DNA of 64,000 nucleotides, taken from NCBI GenBank assembly GCA_017656505.1, contig JACDNU010000005.1:14739-78738 (forward strand), written 5' to 3'. The notes beneath the pieces are model-generated. The model was given only the letters and a program-made list of their open reading frames with translations, had not been told where the DNA came from and did no database searches. A program made the position numbers and the translations under genes. Positions 51,393 to 62,482 of this stretch are shown here, one piece after another. The number at the start of each line of letters is the position of its first letter. The first letter of the stretch is position 1. Source of the stretch: Archaeoglobus sp. (GTDB taxonomy: Archaea > Halobacteriota > Archaeoglobi > Archaeoglobales > Archaeoglobaceae).

Positions 51393-52972
51393 ACCTTGAC
51401 GTATTCAGGAACAAGTTCTTTGAACGCGGCATCGGGATTTCTGTAGTATGCATGAATTCTCTTCGTAACCTCTTTGAAACTCCTGATTCCCTTATCCTTC
51501 ATTGCATCGAGATACAGCTTCCTTCTATTCAGCTCTGCCCTCACCGCCTCAAGATCCCCACCCATCGCCTCTGCAATCTTTTCTATTTTCTTCGAGGCAG
51601 CTACCTGAACGTGGGTGCCCAAAGCAGGGTCCCACCGATAAACCTGATTTACGAGAAGGTTTTTGTCAACGGTGTCGACTCCCAAAACCTCGTTGAACTC
51701 TTTGGTGTACCTCTTTCTTAATCCTCCCTTCACCCACATGAATTGAACCAGGGCTATATCAAGGAACTGAAGCATGCTTCTTGGAATATTCAAAGGCTCA
51801 CTTTCAAGTCTGTAAATCATCTGGTTTATGTCTCCCGCATGAAGGGTTGAGTAAGCGGCATGCCCGGTTGACATAGCTTGGAAGAGCGTCAAAGCCTCTC
51901 TCCCTCTGACCTCTCCAACCACTATGTAGTCAGGCCTCTGCCTTAAAGCGGCTCTTAACAGATCGTACATGTCAATTTCTTCTCCTCCAACACCCTCTCT
52001 AGTAACGCCTGAGATCCAGTTGTTGTGGTAAAGTTTAATCTCTCTTGTGTCTTCGATTGAGATTATCTTCGCCTCGGGAGGAACGAACATCAGAATCGAG
52101 TTGAGCGTGGTTGTTTTACCGCTGGCAGTCTCACCAACGATAAGGGCTGAAAGCTTGTGCTCAATCGCAAGCCATAGGTATGCCATAATCTCTGAGGGAA
52201 TCGTACCAAAGTAAATCAGATCTATCGGCGTTAAAGGCTCGGCCGTGAACTTCCTGATAGTAAAGGATGACCCTCTGGGGGTTATTTCAGTTCCAAAAGT
52301 TGCTTGCAATCTGCTTCCGTCAGGCAGGGTGGCGTCCAGCAAAGGATTCGCGATTGAAAGGTACTTCCCACTTTTCTGTGCAAGTTTTAGGGTCAGCTTA
52401 TCAACAGCCTCCTTTGGAAGCGAGACGTTCGTCTCGAGATTTCCGTACTTCATGTGATAAACGTAGATTGGAATGTCATAGCCATCGCATGAAATATCTT
52501 CGATATAGGTATCGTTGACGAAGGGATCGATCACGCTATAGCCGAAGAACTCCCGGAAGAGATAGTAAAGCATTTTCGTGTAGAGTCTATTAGAAACCTC
52601 TATTGCGTACTCCTCAAGAATGTGATCGAGGTTTGCGAGCAGAACATCAACTTTGGATGGCAAGTCAACGGAAAAATCCCTTAAAATTAGAACTCTTCTG
52701 AGATCGGAAAATATCGAGCTGAGAAGCAGACTCTCATCCTTCGTCAATTCAGGCTCAACTATTCTGTAGCTAAGCCTGAAAGTCTCGCTATCCTCAACTA
52801 TGAGGGTGTGAGCAAAGAGATCGATAACCCAATAATCGTCAACTACCCTCTGATTCTCCTTCAACTGAACTTCGGGGAGGATATCCTTTGCATCCACGAT
52901 AATTTCTTTCTCTTTTAAAACTTCACGAAGGATATCGTAGTGTAGGCCAATTTTCTGATATTCCTCAGTCAT
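51389..52972 (-). CDS. Type IV pilus / secretion ATPase (PilB/VirB11-like)
   Basis: IEDISCDG, GETASGKTT, IEDTRE, LRQRPDYIVVGEVRG. Confidence 0.93.
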   Translation of the reverse strand: MTEEYQKIGLHYDILREVLKEKEIIVDAKDILPEVQLKENQRVVDDYWVIDLFAHTLIVEDSETFRLSYRIVEPELTKDESLLLSSIFSDLRRVLILRDFSVDLPSKVDVLLANLDHILEEYAIEVSNRLYTKMLYYLFREFFGYSVIDPFVNDTYIEDISCDGYDIPIYVYHMKYGNLETNVSLPKEAVDKLTLKLAQKSGKYLSIANPLLDATLPDGSRLQATFGTEITPRGSSFTIRKFTAEPLTPIDLIYFGTIPSEIMAYLWLAIEHKLSALIVGETASGKTTTLNSILMFVPPEAKIISIEDTREIKLYHNNWISGVTREGVGGEEIDMYDLLRAALRQRPDYIVVGEVRGREALTLFQAMSTGHAAYSTLHAGDINQMIYRLESEPLNIPRSMLQFLDIALVQFMWVKGGLRKRYTKEFNEVLGVDTVDKNLLVNQVYRWDPALGTHVQVAASKKIEKIAEAMGGDLEAVRAELNRRKLYLDAMKDKGIRSFKEVTKRIHAYYRNPDAAFKELVPEYVKV

Positions 52973-53095
52973 TCAAACCCATTTTAGGCTAATTGGATAA
53001 ATATTTTACTAATAATAATGGTGAGATTGCTTGATTTAGCTAACGTCTCCACTTGAGCTGGGAAAAAAGATGTAGGAGATTGAATTAAAAATTGA

Positions 53096-54154
53096 TTATG
53101 TGAAGTAGTCCTTTGCGGTCTCCAAAGCAGCGGCAACCAGCCTTGCACCATTGGTGAGATCGTTGAGATCCAAAACCTCGACAGGCGAATGGATGTATCT
53201 GGCTGGCACGCTTATAACTCCAGCAGGAATGCCTGCTTTGGTTAGATGAATCGCTGTAGCATCTGTAGTTCCGCCGTCTGCGACCTCCATCTGGTAGGGA
53301 ATCTTGTACTTCTCAGCCGAGCTTTTAAGCCATCCGATAACCTTTTTTGAGGCAATCAAACCCCTTCCAGATGCGTCAACAACCGTTATCGCTGGCCCAG
53401 AACCAAGCTTAACATCCATGTAAGCACTCTCAGCTCCAGGAAAATCCGCTGCAACACACACATCTGTTGCTATGGCAGCATCCGGCTCAATTGCAAAGGC
53501 AGATGTTCTTGCTCCCTTCAATCCCACCTCTTCTTGAACTGTGCCTACTGCGTAGATCGTTGCATCGCTTTTCGTTTGCTTTATTGCTTCAATCATCATT
53601 GCAACTCCCGCTCTGTTATCGAAAGCTTTTCCCGTAACTCTACTCCCTTTAAGCTCCCTGAACTCCCTATCGAGGGTTATTGGAGTCCCAACATCTATTC
53701 CCATCTCCAGAACCTCTTCCTTTGATGAAGCCCCCACATCTATGAACATATCGCGAAGCTCGATAACCTTCTTCCTCTCCTCATCCTTCATCAGATGAGG
53801 GGGCTTACACCCGAGAACACCGTAAACCTTCCCTTTCTCTCCATGCAACACCGCTCGCTGATTGAGAGCCGTCTGATCGAACCATCCGCCCAGCGTTGAG
53901 AAGCGAATAAATCCTTTGTCGTCGATGTACTTAACAATGAATCCTATCTCATCGATGTGTGATGCGATCATGAGTTCAAGATCGCTCCCGTTTTTTACAC
54001 ACACAACGTTTCCCATCGAATCTATTCTGATCTCGTCAACGAATTCCTCCAGCTCTTCCTTCACTATTTCCCTTATCTCATCTTCAAAACCGCTTACGCC
54101 ATGAGCGTTGCTCAGTTTCCTGAGCAGCTCCTTTGCAGTTTCTAAATCCATCAA
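53096..54154 (-). CDS. M42 family aminopeptidase (TET-like)
   Basis: SHIDEIG, KAFDNRAG, QEEVGLKGA, RYIHSP. Confidence 0.93.
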   Translation of the reverse strand: MMDLETAKELLRKLSNAHGVSGFEDEIREIVKEELEEFVDEIRIDSMGNVVCVKNGSDLELMIASHIDEIGFIVKYIDDKGFIRFSTLGGWFDQTALNQRAVLHGEKGKVYGVLGCKPPHLMKDEERKKVIELRDMFIDVGASSKEEVLEMGIDVGTPITLDREFRELKGSRVTGKAFDNRAGVAMMIEAIKQTKSDATIYAVGTVQEEVGLKGARTSAFAIEPDAAIATDVCVAADFPGAESAYMDVKLGSGPAITVVDASGRGLIASKKVIGWLKSSAEKYKIPYQMEVADGGTTDATAIHLTKAGIPAGVISVPARYIHSPVEVLDLNDLTNGARLVAAALETAKDYFT

Positions 54155-54174
54155 AACACCTCCTTAGTATTGCC

Positions 54175-54753
54175 CTATTCGAGTATCGCATGTCTCTCTT
54201 TCAGATCTTCCTCATCAAGCCCTTTCATGTTGAGGAGTTCGGCAACCAGAGCGTCGAGGAAAATCAGCGATGTCAGCTCGAACATCGTGCCTAAAGGAGC
54301 GAGCTTTGAGATCTTCTCATCTTTTTCTGTTTTGACCTTTCCTTTAAGCGTAACGACCACATCACTAAGCTTTGCAAGGCTGGAGTTTCTGTTGCTTGTA
54401 AGAGCAGCAACCTTGGATCCAACCATTGACTTCGCTTTCATCGCGATGTTTATAACGGAGCTCGTCTCACCCGAGCCAGAAATAGCAATTAGCAGATCCT
54501 CCTTTCGGATTTTTGGAGTTACCGTTTCGCCAACAACATAAACCGAGTAGCCCAGATGCATGAGTCTCATTGCAAACGCCTTAGCAACGAACCCGCTCCT
54601 CCCTGCACCCATGATAAATATCGTCTTGGATGAATTTATCGACGTTATGAGTTCCTCAATTTGAGAAACGTCCAGATCTTCCCTAAGGTTCCTTATATGG
54701 TTCTCTAAGTTCTTTAAAAACTCGATTATCAGTTCTCCCGTCAGAACTATCAC
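54175..54753 (-). CDS. hxlB: 6-phospho-3-hexuloisomerase
   Basis: GAGRSG, AMRLMHLG, ISGSGET, APLGTMFE. Confidence 0.92.
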   Translation of the reverse strand: MIVLTGELIIEFLKNLENHIRNLREDLDVSQIEELITSINSSKTIFIMGAGRSGFVAKAFAMRLMHLGYSVYVVGETVTPKIRKEDLLIAISGSGETSSVINIAMKAKSMVGSKVAALTSNRNSSLAKLSDVVVTLKGKVKTEKDEKISKLAPLGTMFELTSLIFLDALVAELLNMKGLDEEDLKERHAILE

Positions 54754-54902
54754 CCCGGGCTACTCACGGCTTCTTATGGCTTCTCATAGCTTCTCATAGA
54801 CTACTCGAGCCACCTTAATCTTTACTCTTGCTGCAATTTAAGGTTTTTTATTCTTACCTCATCAATAAAAAAAGTCCAATTCCACGCGCAAATTTAGCAA
54901 TC

Positions 54903-55715
54903 TCATTTGAGAAATGCGGAAAGGATTGTGGAGGTTAGCTCCTCCGTCACCTCCTCGCTCGAACCACCGGAAAGGATTATGAGGGTTTTGGTTTTTGGTA
55001 TCTCCTCTCTTATAAGCTCGGCAATTCTTTTGAAGCAATCCGTTGATAGATTCAGATCTGAAAGCTCCCCCTCGTGGGCATCCTGGCCAACATACCAAAT
55101 GAGGACATCAGGAGAAAACTTCTTCATTGTGTTTAATGCCTCTTTTATGCAATCTACATATTCTTCTTCATCTTCGAAACCAAAACAGATTCTTCTACCG
55201 TCGGACGATTTCCCCACCTTTCCGCAGAAGCAGAAGTACATCGAGTTGGTATCATAGGCGATGTATTCGAAAACCCCTTCTCCATGATGACTGTCGGTGT
55301 CGAGGATTGAAATCTTTTTGAAACCTACTTCTCTCAAAACTTTGATCGCCAGATTGACATCATTTATGAAGGAATAACCACTGAACTTCTCTTTTGTTGC
55401 ACCATGTCCGGTTCCAGAGGTGGGAACGAAAACGAAATCATGCTCATTGAGAAGTTTTGCAGCTGTAAAAACAGCCCATGCTGATTTAAAGGTGGAGGAG
55501 GACGCGAAAAATCTTTTAACTCTCTCGATCATGTCCCGAGAATGGATCTCGTAGAGGATCTTTTCATCGAATTTGAAGACCTCAGGTTTTACATAATCGA
55601 GCTTGAAACTCTTAATTGCCCTCTCAAAGCCTATAAGCCTTTTTGAAATCGCAAGATTCGTCTCCTTGATTTCTGGAGAGTAAACGATAGCGAATTTCAG
55701 TTTTATAGATGTCAT
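54903..55715 (-). CDS. Histone deacetylase/arginase-fold protein, divergent
   Basis: LDTDSHHGEG, GQDAH; GHGA replaces GHHA and GGS replaces GGY. Confidence 0.7.
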   Translation of the reverse strand: MTSIKLKFAIVYSPEIKETNLAISKRLIGFERAIKSFKLDYVKPEVFKFDEKILYEIHSRDMIERVKRFFASSSTFKSAWAVFTAAKLLNEHDFVFVPTSGTGHGATKEKFSGYSFINDVNLAIKVLREVGFKKISILDTDSHHGEGVFEYIAYDTNSMYFCFCGKVGKSSDGRRICFGFEDEEEYVDCIKEALNTMKKFSPDVLIWYVGQDAHEGELSDLNLSTDCFKRIAELIREEIPKTKTLIILSGGSSEEVTEELTSTILSAFLK

Positions 55716-55768
55716 CACCCTTCTGTTGTAGAAACTCCTAAATATCATTTTTGTAGAGATGGGATAGC

Positions 55769-57574
55769 ATGAACGATAATCGTAATTCTCGAACCTCAGA
55801 GGAGTTCGTAAACGTCACTTTTCTACCTTCTGGAAAAAGATTGAAGGTGAAAAAGTATTTTACAATCCTTCAGGCAGCTCAGGAAGCTGGTGAGGGTATA
55901 AGGAGCATTTGCGGTGGGAAAGGGAGTTGTGGAAAGTGCAAGGTTGTACTTCAGAAGGGGGAGGTTGAGAAGAATCCCGAGCCGCATGAGAAATTCATTA
56001 AGGAAGGAGAGAATGCGATACTCGCTTGCCAGTCGAAAATTCTGACGGATGTGGAAGTCTTCATCCCGGTTGAGTCCAGATTAGAAAAACAGCAGATTCT
56101 TGCGGAGTTTATCGTTAAGGAGAAGGATTTGAGGCCGATAATTAGGAAAGAATTTTATGAGGATGCTTTTCTTCCTGAAATTATATCACAAAAGGGTTAC
56201 AAGCTTGTTTTCAGTCCTGGGGTTGAAGAAGGAGGCCTTACCCTTGTGCTCAGAAACAACGAGGTTATTTCGGTTGAAGAAGGGGATACGAGGGATGAAG
56301 TCTTTGGTGTTGCTGTTGACGTTGGAACGACAACTGTGGTGGTATCGCTTGTTGACTTGAAGGATGGAAAGGTGGTTGACATCACTTCTGACTACAATGG
56401 CCAGATAATTTATGGCGAGGAAGTACTTTCAAGGGTTGAGTTTGCAAGGAGTAGAAAGGATGGCATGGACATCCTCCAGAAATCGATAATATCCACGCTG
56501 AACAATCTAATAGGGAGGATAATGGGTGGTTTATCCTCTGAAAGAATTTACGATGTTGTGATATCAGGAAACACACTTATGACCCATTTCTTCTTCAAGA
56601 GAGACATAGAGTATCTCTTTCAAACATCCGATCCAAAGCTCGAAAGGAAACCCTTCGTCGCAGAGGCGAGAGAACTCGGATTGAAAGTAAATCCCGAGGC
56701 GAAGGTTTTTGGCTTGCCACCCGTTGGGAAGTACGTTGGTGGGGATATAGTCGGTGATGTTCTCACGTCAGGCATAGCAAGCTCAAGCGAGATCTCGCTT
56801 ATGGTAGATCTCGGAACAAACGGTGAGATTGTTATAGGGAGCGAAGGATGGCTGATCTCAACATCGGTAGCCTCAGGCCCCGCTTTTGAAGGATACGAGA
56901 TCAAGAACGGCAGTAGAGCTGTGGAAGGGGCGATAGATCACGTAAAAATTGTTAATCCGGAGAGGGAGCCTGAGTATACCGTCATAGGAAATGTAAAACC
57001 GGCAAGCATCTGCGGAAGCGGGCTAATAGATTTGCTGGCAGAGCTTTTCAAGCATGGAATAGTGGATTTTACTGGAAGCTTGCAACCAAATCCGAGGGTT
57101 AGGAAGGGAGATGAGGGGAAGGAGTATGTTGTCGTTGAGGCTGAAAAAACCTCTGTTGGCAGGGACATAGTTTTCACCCAGAACGACATCGACACGCTCG
57201 TAAAATCGAAGGCAGCTGTTTGCGCTGGCATGAGCGTTTTGCTGAAAAAAGCAGGGATAGATATTGCCGACATTCAAAGATTCTACATAGCAGGAGCTTT
57301 CGGCTACTACATAAACATCGAAAATTCCTTTACAATTGGATTGTTTCCAGAGTTTCCCAATGCAGAAGTCCTTCAGATAGGAAACGGGGCTTTGGCTGGA
57401 GCCTACATAGCCTTAACCTCCGAAAGCAAGCGAAAGCTCACGGAGAAAATAGCCAGAATCATGACGTACTTCGATCTCAGTACAGATCCGAACTTCATGG
57501 AGGAATACAACGCCGCCCTCTCGATTCCAGGCAATCCAGAACTCTTTCCGACAATTTATTCAAAGTATGTTTGA
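55769..57574 (+). CDS. ASKHA-domain reductive activator of corrinoid proteins (RACE/RamA-like) with 2Fe-2S domain
   Basis: [41 protein letters not shown]. Confidence 0.9.
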   Translation: MNDNRNSRTSEEFVNVTFLPSGKRLKVKKYFTILQAAQEAGEGIRSICGGKGSCGKCKVVLQKGEVEKNPEPHEKFIKEGENAILACQSKILTDVEVFIPVESRLEKQQILAEFIVKEKDLRPIIRKEFYEDAFLPEIISQKGYKLVFSPGVEEGGLTLVLRNNEVISVEEGDTRDEVFGVAVDVGTTTVVVSLVDLKDGKVVDITSDYNGQIIYGEEVLSRVEFARSRKDGMDILQKSIISTLNNLIGRIMGGLSSERIYDVVISGNTLMTHFFFKRDIEYLFQTSDPKLERKPFVAEARELGLKVNPEAKVFGLPPVGKYVGGDIVGDVLTSGIASSSEISLMVDLGTNGEIVIGSEGWLISTSVASGPAFEGYEIKNGSRAVEGAIDHVKIVNPEREPEYTVIGNVKPASICGSGLIDLLAELFKHGIVDFTGSLQPNPRVRKGDEGKEYVVVEAEKTSVGRDIVFTQNDIDTLVKSKAAVCAGMSVLLKKAGIDIADIQRFYIAGAFGYYINIENSFTIGLFPEFPNAEVLQIGNGALAGAYIALTSESKRKLTEKIARIMTYFDLSTDPNFMEEYNAALSIPGNPELFPTIYSKYV

Positions 57575-57582
57575 GAGGTATC

Positions 57583-58215
57583 ATGACTGGGTTAATCCTT
57601 GCTTTGGATGTTTTGGATGAGGAAAAGGCATTGAAGATTATAAGCAAAATTGATAGGTGGATTGATTTTGTTAAGGTGAATTATCCTCTCGTGCTTTCTG
57701 CTGGGGTTGGAGTAATAGGGAAGCTTGCCAAATATAAACCGGTAATAGCGGACTTCAAGATCGCTGACATCCCGTATACAAGCTCCTTGATAGCAAAAAC
57801 AGCATTTGAAAACGGGGCGTTTGCCATAATCTGTCATGGATTCGTGGGAAGTGATACCCTCAAAGCGGTAAAGGATGTCGCACGTGAATACGGGGGAGAG
57901 GTTTATGTGGTGACGGAACTCTCCAGTCCGGGAGGAGAAGAGTTCCTCCAAAAGGTCTCAAATTCAATTGCGGAACTCGCCAAGGAAATTGGTTGCGACG
58001 GATTAGTAGCTCCGGGAACAAGGCCTGAGAGGGTGAAGGAGCTGAGGAGAATAGCGGAGGGTTTGAAAATAATCTGTCCGGGTGTGGGTGCACAGGGTGG
58101 GAGGGTTGAGAGCTTAAAGGGCTTGGCAGATTACGTTATAGTTGGCAGGAGCATTTACATGGCAAAGGATCCTGAAAAAGAGGCAAGAAGGTTTTATGAG
58201 TTGCTTAAGGGGTGA
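57583..58215 (+). CDS. pyrF: Orotidine 5'-phosphate decarboxylase
   Basis: [32 protein letters not shown]; start ATG 57583. Confidence 0.95.
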   Translation: MTGLILALDVLDEEKALKIISKIDRWIDFVKVNYPLVLSAGVGVIGKLAKYKPVIADFKIADIPYTSSLIAKTAFENGAFAIICHGFVGSDTLKAVKDVAREYGGEVYVVTELSSPGGEEFLQKVSNSIAELAKEIGCDGLVAPGTRPERVKELRRIAEGLKIICPGVGAQGGRVESLKGLADYVIVGRSIYMAKDPEKEARRFYELLKG

Positions 58216-58219
58216 TGAA

Positions 58220-59104
58220 ATGCTAGACCTCATACCACAAGGCAGAATTTTTTTTGTGAAGATGCATGGTAACGGAAATGATTTCGTTCTTTTTGATGAA
58301 TTCGAGCAGGAAATCATCCCAGAAAGAATCAAGCCCGAGCTCGTCAGACTTGTTTGTGATAGAAGATTTGGTATTGGTGCTGATGGAGTTCTCTTCGTTC
58401 AACCTTCCGCTGTTGCTAATGCAAGATTCAGGTATTTCAACAGTGATGGAAGTGAAGCTGAGATGTGCGGGAACGGTATAAGGTGCTTTTCCCGCTACAT
58501 CGTTGAGGAAGGATACGCCAATCCTGGGAACATTAGAGTTGAGACTTTGGTTGGCATTCTCGATCTGAGGGTTGAAGCTGGGAAAGAGTACAAGGTAAAG
58601 GTGAACATGGGTACTGTGAAGACATCTCCAAAGGAAATTCCTGCGAAAAAAGAACTCTGGGGAGAGGAAATGGAAGTTAAAGGTAAAAAGTTGAAGGTTT
58701 ACGCGGTTAACAGCGGAGTTCCGCACGTCGTAATATTTTTGGATGAAAATGAGCTTGGAAGTCTCGACATCATTCCGATTTCGAGAGAGATAAGGTACAA
58801 CGATCTCTTTCCAGAGGGAACGAACGTGAATTTCGTCAGCGTTTCAAGGGGCGAGATAAAGATAAGAACGTATGAGAGGGGTGTAGAAGATGAAACGCTG
58901 AGCTGTGGAACGGGAAGTGTCGCCTCGGCATACGTGGCGTTGAAAAAAGGCCTAGTTTCGGAACCCGTGAGGGTTCATACTAGGGGGGGAGACCTCATCA
59001 TTGAGTTCAAAAATGGGAACGCCCTCATGACGGGTGGGGCAGCTAGAGTTTTTGATGGCATGCTTAACCTCTCCGAACTGGGAAATCTCCATGAAAGATT
59101 CTAA
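58220..59104 (+). CDS. dapF: Diaminopimelate epimerase
   Basis: KMHGNGNDF, EMCGNGIRC, ERGVEDETLSCGTG. Confidence 0.95.
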   Translation: MLDLIPQGRIFFVKMHGNGNDFVLFDEFEQEIIPERIKPELVRLVCDRRFGIGADGVLFVQPSAVANARFRYFNSDGSEAEMCGNGIRCFSRYIVEEGYANPGNIRVETLVGILDLRVEAGKEYKVKVNMGTVKTSPKEIPAKKELWGEEMEVKGKKLKVYAVNSGVPHVVIFLDENELGSLDIIPISREIRYNDLFPEGTNVNFVSVSRGEIKIRTYERGVEDETLSCGTGSVASAYVALKKGLVSEPVRVHTRGGDLIIEFKNGNALMTGGAARVFDGMLNLSELGNLHERF

Positions 59105-59858
59105 GAAGATCAAATTCAAAAATAGGTTGGTTCTTTCTGCCATGGCCGGAATTAACGATCATAAATTCTGTTCAAGATTTCCTGCCGGTATGGTTGTTCT
59201 TGGAGGATTCAGTGCTGACAAAAAGGCGATGGAGGCCTCGAAAAAAGCTCGGCTAAGGGGTAGGAAGGAATTCATTTTTGAGGATCCGTTGGAGGGGATT
59301 AGGGGAGAAATAGAAGGATTAATCCAGAATTACGATAGGATGTTTGCCGTGAATGTTAGATCTGCGTCAGAAAAAGGTTATTTGAAGGTAGCGGAAATTG
59401 TCAGTGATTTTGGAGGGTTTATTGAAATCAACGCCCATTGCAGACAGCCGGAATTTCTTGAAATTGGATGCGGTCAGAGTTTGCTTGGAGACCCTCGCTT
59501 AATTTCGATTGTTGAGGAAGTCTCTGGAGTTTGCCCGACCATCGTGAAGATAAGGGGTGGGTTGCCGCTGGATTACAAGAAGCTTGCCGAGAATTTGAAA
59601 GAGGCGGGATGCCTCATCCTGCATGTTGATGCGATGATACCCGGAGGAAAAGCTGACTTTGGATTAATCAGAGAAATTTCGGAAGGAATTTTTACGATAG
59701 GAAACAACTCCGTTGTAGACGTTAAATCGGCGAAGAAAATGATTGAGAGCGGAGCTAAACTTGTCTCAGCTGCAAGGGCCGTTCTGAAGGATGAGAAGTT
59801 TTTTGATAGGTTGTTGGTGGATGAATTACTTTCTTCCTCTGTGAGCTTGGTCTATTAA
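59091..59858 (+). CDS. MJ0144-family dihydrouridine-synthase-like flavoprotein
   Basis: LSAMAGI, EINAHCRQPE, HVDAM, IGNNSV, SAARA. Confidence 0.85.
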   Translation: MKDSKKIKFKNRLVLSAMAGINDHKFCSRFPAGMVVLGGFSADKKAMEASKKARLRGRKEFIFEDPLEGIRGEIEGLIQNYDRMFAVNVRSASEKGYLKVAEIVSDFGGFIEINAHCRQPEFLEIGCGQSLLGDPRLISIVEEVSGVCPTIVKIRGGLPLDYKKLAENLKEAGCLILHVDAMIPGGKADFGLIREISEGIFTIGNNSVVDVKSAKKMIESGAKLVSAARAVLKDEKFFDRLLVDELLSSSVSLVY

Positions 59859-59938
59859 CCGTAGATAAATAAGTCTCAATATTAACTTTAAACCGAACTT
59901 TCAGAAAGCTTATTAGCTGTCAGCTTAAATTCTGCCCG

Positions 59939-60802
59939 ATGAGGATCTCTCCGAGATGTCCATCATGCTTGCTTAACAGAGTATACATGGAAGCTACGTT
60001 ATCAACGAACGATCAGAAAAAGATAGACAAAGCCGTGGAAGAGGCTTTGAAGATTATAGCAGAAGAGTATCCTAGGAAAGGAATAAATGCGATCATAGCA
60101 ACTAGAATGCATCGCAGGGTTTACGAAGTTCTGGGAGATGAAGATCCCTACAAAAAGCTGAAAGATCAAGCAAACAAGATAACGATGCAGTATTTACCTG
60201 AAATAAAAAAGGCAATTGAAAATAGCAAAGATAGATTTAAAGCTGCAGCAAAAGCATCTATCATCGCGAACACCTTCGACTACGGAGTTATGGGTCATGA
60301 GGTTAGTGACTCGAAATTCCTTGAATTCTTTCTGGAGAAGTTCGAAGAGAGGCTTAAGATCGACGATTTGGACTTGATAATGGAGAAATGCAGGGGGAAG
60401 GTGGTCTATTTAACGGATAACTGCGGTGAGATAGTTGTTGACAGGCTTTTCATGGAAGAAATTAAGAAGCTGTGTGAAAGGCTTACGGTGGTTGTGAGGG
60501 GGAGGCCGATAATAAGCGATGCAACCTATGAGGATGCGATTTTCGCTGGAGTTGATAAGGTTGCAGATGAAATTCTGACAAATGGAAAGGGAGCGATCGG
60601 GATATTTGAACCGGAACTTCCGGAAGAGACTAGAAAAAGAATTTATGAAGCTGACATTATAGTTGCCAAGGGAATGGCGAACTACGAATGCCTTTCGGAA
60701 TCGACTCTGCCAATTGCTTTCTTGCTAACCGCAAAATGTGAGCCGGTAGCGAAATCCATAGGGGTTGACGTGGGAGACATGGTTGCCATGTTGAAGGGTT
60801 GA
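59939..60802 (+). CDS. DUF89/ARMT1-like damage-control phosphatase
   Basis: CPSCLL, DPYKKLK, LTDNCGE, KGMANYECLSE. Confidence 0.92.
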   Translation: MRISPRCPSCLLNRVYMEATLSTNDQKKIDKAVEEALKIIAEEYPRKGINAIIATRMHRRVYEVLGDEDPYKKLKDQANKITMQYLPEIKKAIENSKDRFKAAAKASIIANTFDYGVMGHEVSDSKFLEFFLEKFEERLKIDDLDLIMEKCRGKVVYLTDNCGEIVVDRLFMEEIKKLCERLTVVVRGRPIISDATYEDAIFAGVDKVADEILTNGKGAIGIFEPELPEETRKRIYEADIIVAKGMANYECLSESTLPIAFLLTAKCEPVAKSIGVDVGDMVAMLKG

Positions 60803-60812
60803 GGAGATTTGG

Positions 60813-61439
60813 ATGGAGATGGATGAACAAGTTGAGTTAAATCTTAGAGAAAGAACCCTTATAGATTTATTTTCTGCTTTTGAAGGAGCTTACGGTCCCT
60901 CTTTTGAGTGCAAGTACTATCCATGCCACTTCTCTGGCCAAGACTGCACTTTCTGCTACTGTCCCTTCTATCCCTGCTTGAATTACGATATGGGTGGCGA
61001 GATCAAGCTTACCTCTGAAGGAAAATTCGTGTGGAGCTGTCAGGATTGCTGGTTAATCCACGACAAGAAGTTTGCGGAGGATGTAATCCTAGCATTAAGC
61101 AGATTTCCCAGACAGAGGCTTGTTGAGGAAGATTGGTTTTTCTTTAACTCTATTTTGCAGGAACTTATTTACGGGGAGGTAGTTGTTAAACCTGAGGAAG
61201 GTAATTACAATCTTATGGAGGCTGTTCTCGCTGAGAAGGAATGCGAAGAATGCGAAGATCGCGATACAGAAATCCTAGCTGTAAGGCTTGATAATTTTAG
61301 CATTGGTTCGGTGAGAAGAATAACCAATTTGGAAGAAGCGGAAAATGAGGTTTTAATCCCGCTTAAGGAGAAGAACAGATACTATGGGTTTATGGATGGA
61401 GCCTATGTTGTGTGTAGAGGGAGTCTTAGATTGATTTAG
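60813..61439 (+). CDS. Cysteine-rich small domain protein
   Basis: CKYYPCHFSGQDCTFCYCPFYPC...WSCQDCWLIH. Confidence 0.85.
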   Translation: MEMDEQVELNLRERTLIDLFSAFEGAYGPSFECKYYPCHFSGQDCTFCYCPFYPCLNYDMGGEIKLTSEGKFVWSCQDCWLIHDKKFAEDVILALSRFPRQRLVEEDWFFFNSILQELIYGEVVVKPEEGNYNLMEAVLAEKECEECEDRDTEILAVRLDNFSIGSVRRITNLEEAENEVLIPLKEKNRYYGFMDGAYVVCRGSLRLI

Positions 61440-61453
61440 ACTAATTAGGTCAA

Positions 61454-62482
61454 TCAAGCGATAGGGAATCTCAGCAGCGCTGCAATTCCGCCCAAAGCAT
61501 TAAGCTGCTTACCGGGCTCAAATTCTGAGCTGACGATCAGAATTCTCCCAACCTTCTCGACCTCTTCGAGGAAGGAATCCACATCCCACTTCTCCCTTTC
61601 CTTCAAGAGGTATTCATCTGTGAGCAGCAAAACATCTATTGCTCCATAGCTGAAAGCTTTTTCAACCTCTTTCAATCCGTAAACTGCTTTTCCATCCTTT
61701 GAGATTTCTGCAAGGAGTTTTTCGATGTATTCTGTTTCCTCAGCAAGCCTCAAATCACCCACGATTTTCGAAATTATCCCCCTTTTCAGAACCTCAACGA
61801 ACCCCCTTCTTCCCGTAGAAGAAACATCTGCTTTAACGAGTTTTTTAGCCAGCAAAGCCTCCCTCTGCCTTACAAACTCTATGAAGTCCTCCTTTGCAAA
61901 TCCCGGGCCTGCTATGACAGCATACCTGAAATCCATGCTTTTGAGTGTGGAAAGAAGCTCTCCAAAAAACTCATTTCTGTAGTCAGCCAAGCCCTTCCCA
62001 TAGCTTCTGCTGATCGTTGCTATCTCTTCAACCCCCCACTCTCTAAGCGCCCCGATAACAGCTTCGCCCTCTTCTATAACCACTATGATTATTTCGGGCC
62101 TCTTTGAAGCTTCAATAGCCCTCTCTATTCTGCGAAGCTGCTCAGCCCTCCATCTCTTTATTATGCTAACCTCTGTCCCAATTCCGATATTCAGCGTGTG
62201 GTGGCCGGAATCCTCGATGCCAGCAACTATGATTCCGGAAACTCTCAATCTGTTGGCGAACTTGTGAAATTCCACTTTTTCAACCTTTATTCCCAGTCTT
62301 ACGGTGATCTTCTCCTTATCACTTCTCAGCTTATCGCTGCTCTCACTTATCCTCTTTGTATAAGCGAAAACAACGTCTCCCGGCTCGATTATGTGTTTAA
62401 GGTGCCAGATATCATCTAGATTCTCTGGAATAAGCTTTATTTCCCCTTCATTGCCTTTAAGTCGTTCCTCAACAACCTTCAT
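61454..62482 (-). CDS. pelA: Pelota (ribosome rescue factor)
   Basis: PENLDDIWHL, RLRVSG, HHTLNI, AGPGFAK, LGGIAALLRF. Confidence 0.95.
   Translation of the reverse strand: MKVVEERLKGNEGEIKLIPENLDDIWHLKHIIEPGDVVFAYTKRISESSDKLRSDKEKITVRLGIKVEKVEFHKFANRLRVSGIIVAGIEDSGHHTLNIGIGTEVSIIKRWRAEQLRRIERAIEASKRPEIIIVVIEEGEAVIGALREWGVEEIATISRSYGKGLADYRNEFFGELLSTLKSMDFRYAVIAGPGFAKEDFIEFVRQREALLAKKLVKADVSSTGRRGFVEVLKRGIISKIVGDLRLAEETEYIEKLLAEISKDGKAVYGLKEVEKAFSYGAIDVLLLTDEYLLKEREKWDVDSFLEEVEKVGRILIVSSEFEPGKQLNALGGIAALLRFPIA

Noticed and set aside
57220..57582. Long N-terminal extension of PyrF in the ORF track
   Set aside because: Overlaps the upstream gene; the real start is ATG 57583 after a GAGGT RBS. 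Similar over-extensions were trimmed for serA, glyS, gatB, dapF and others.
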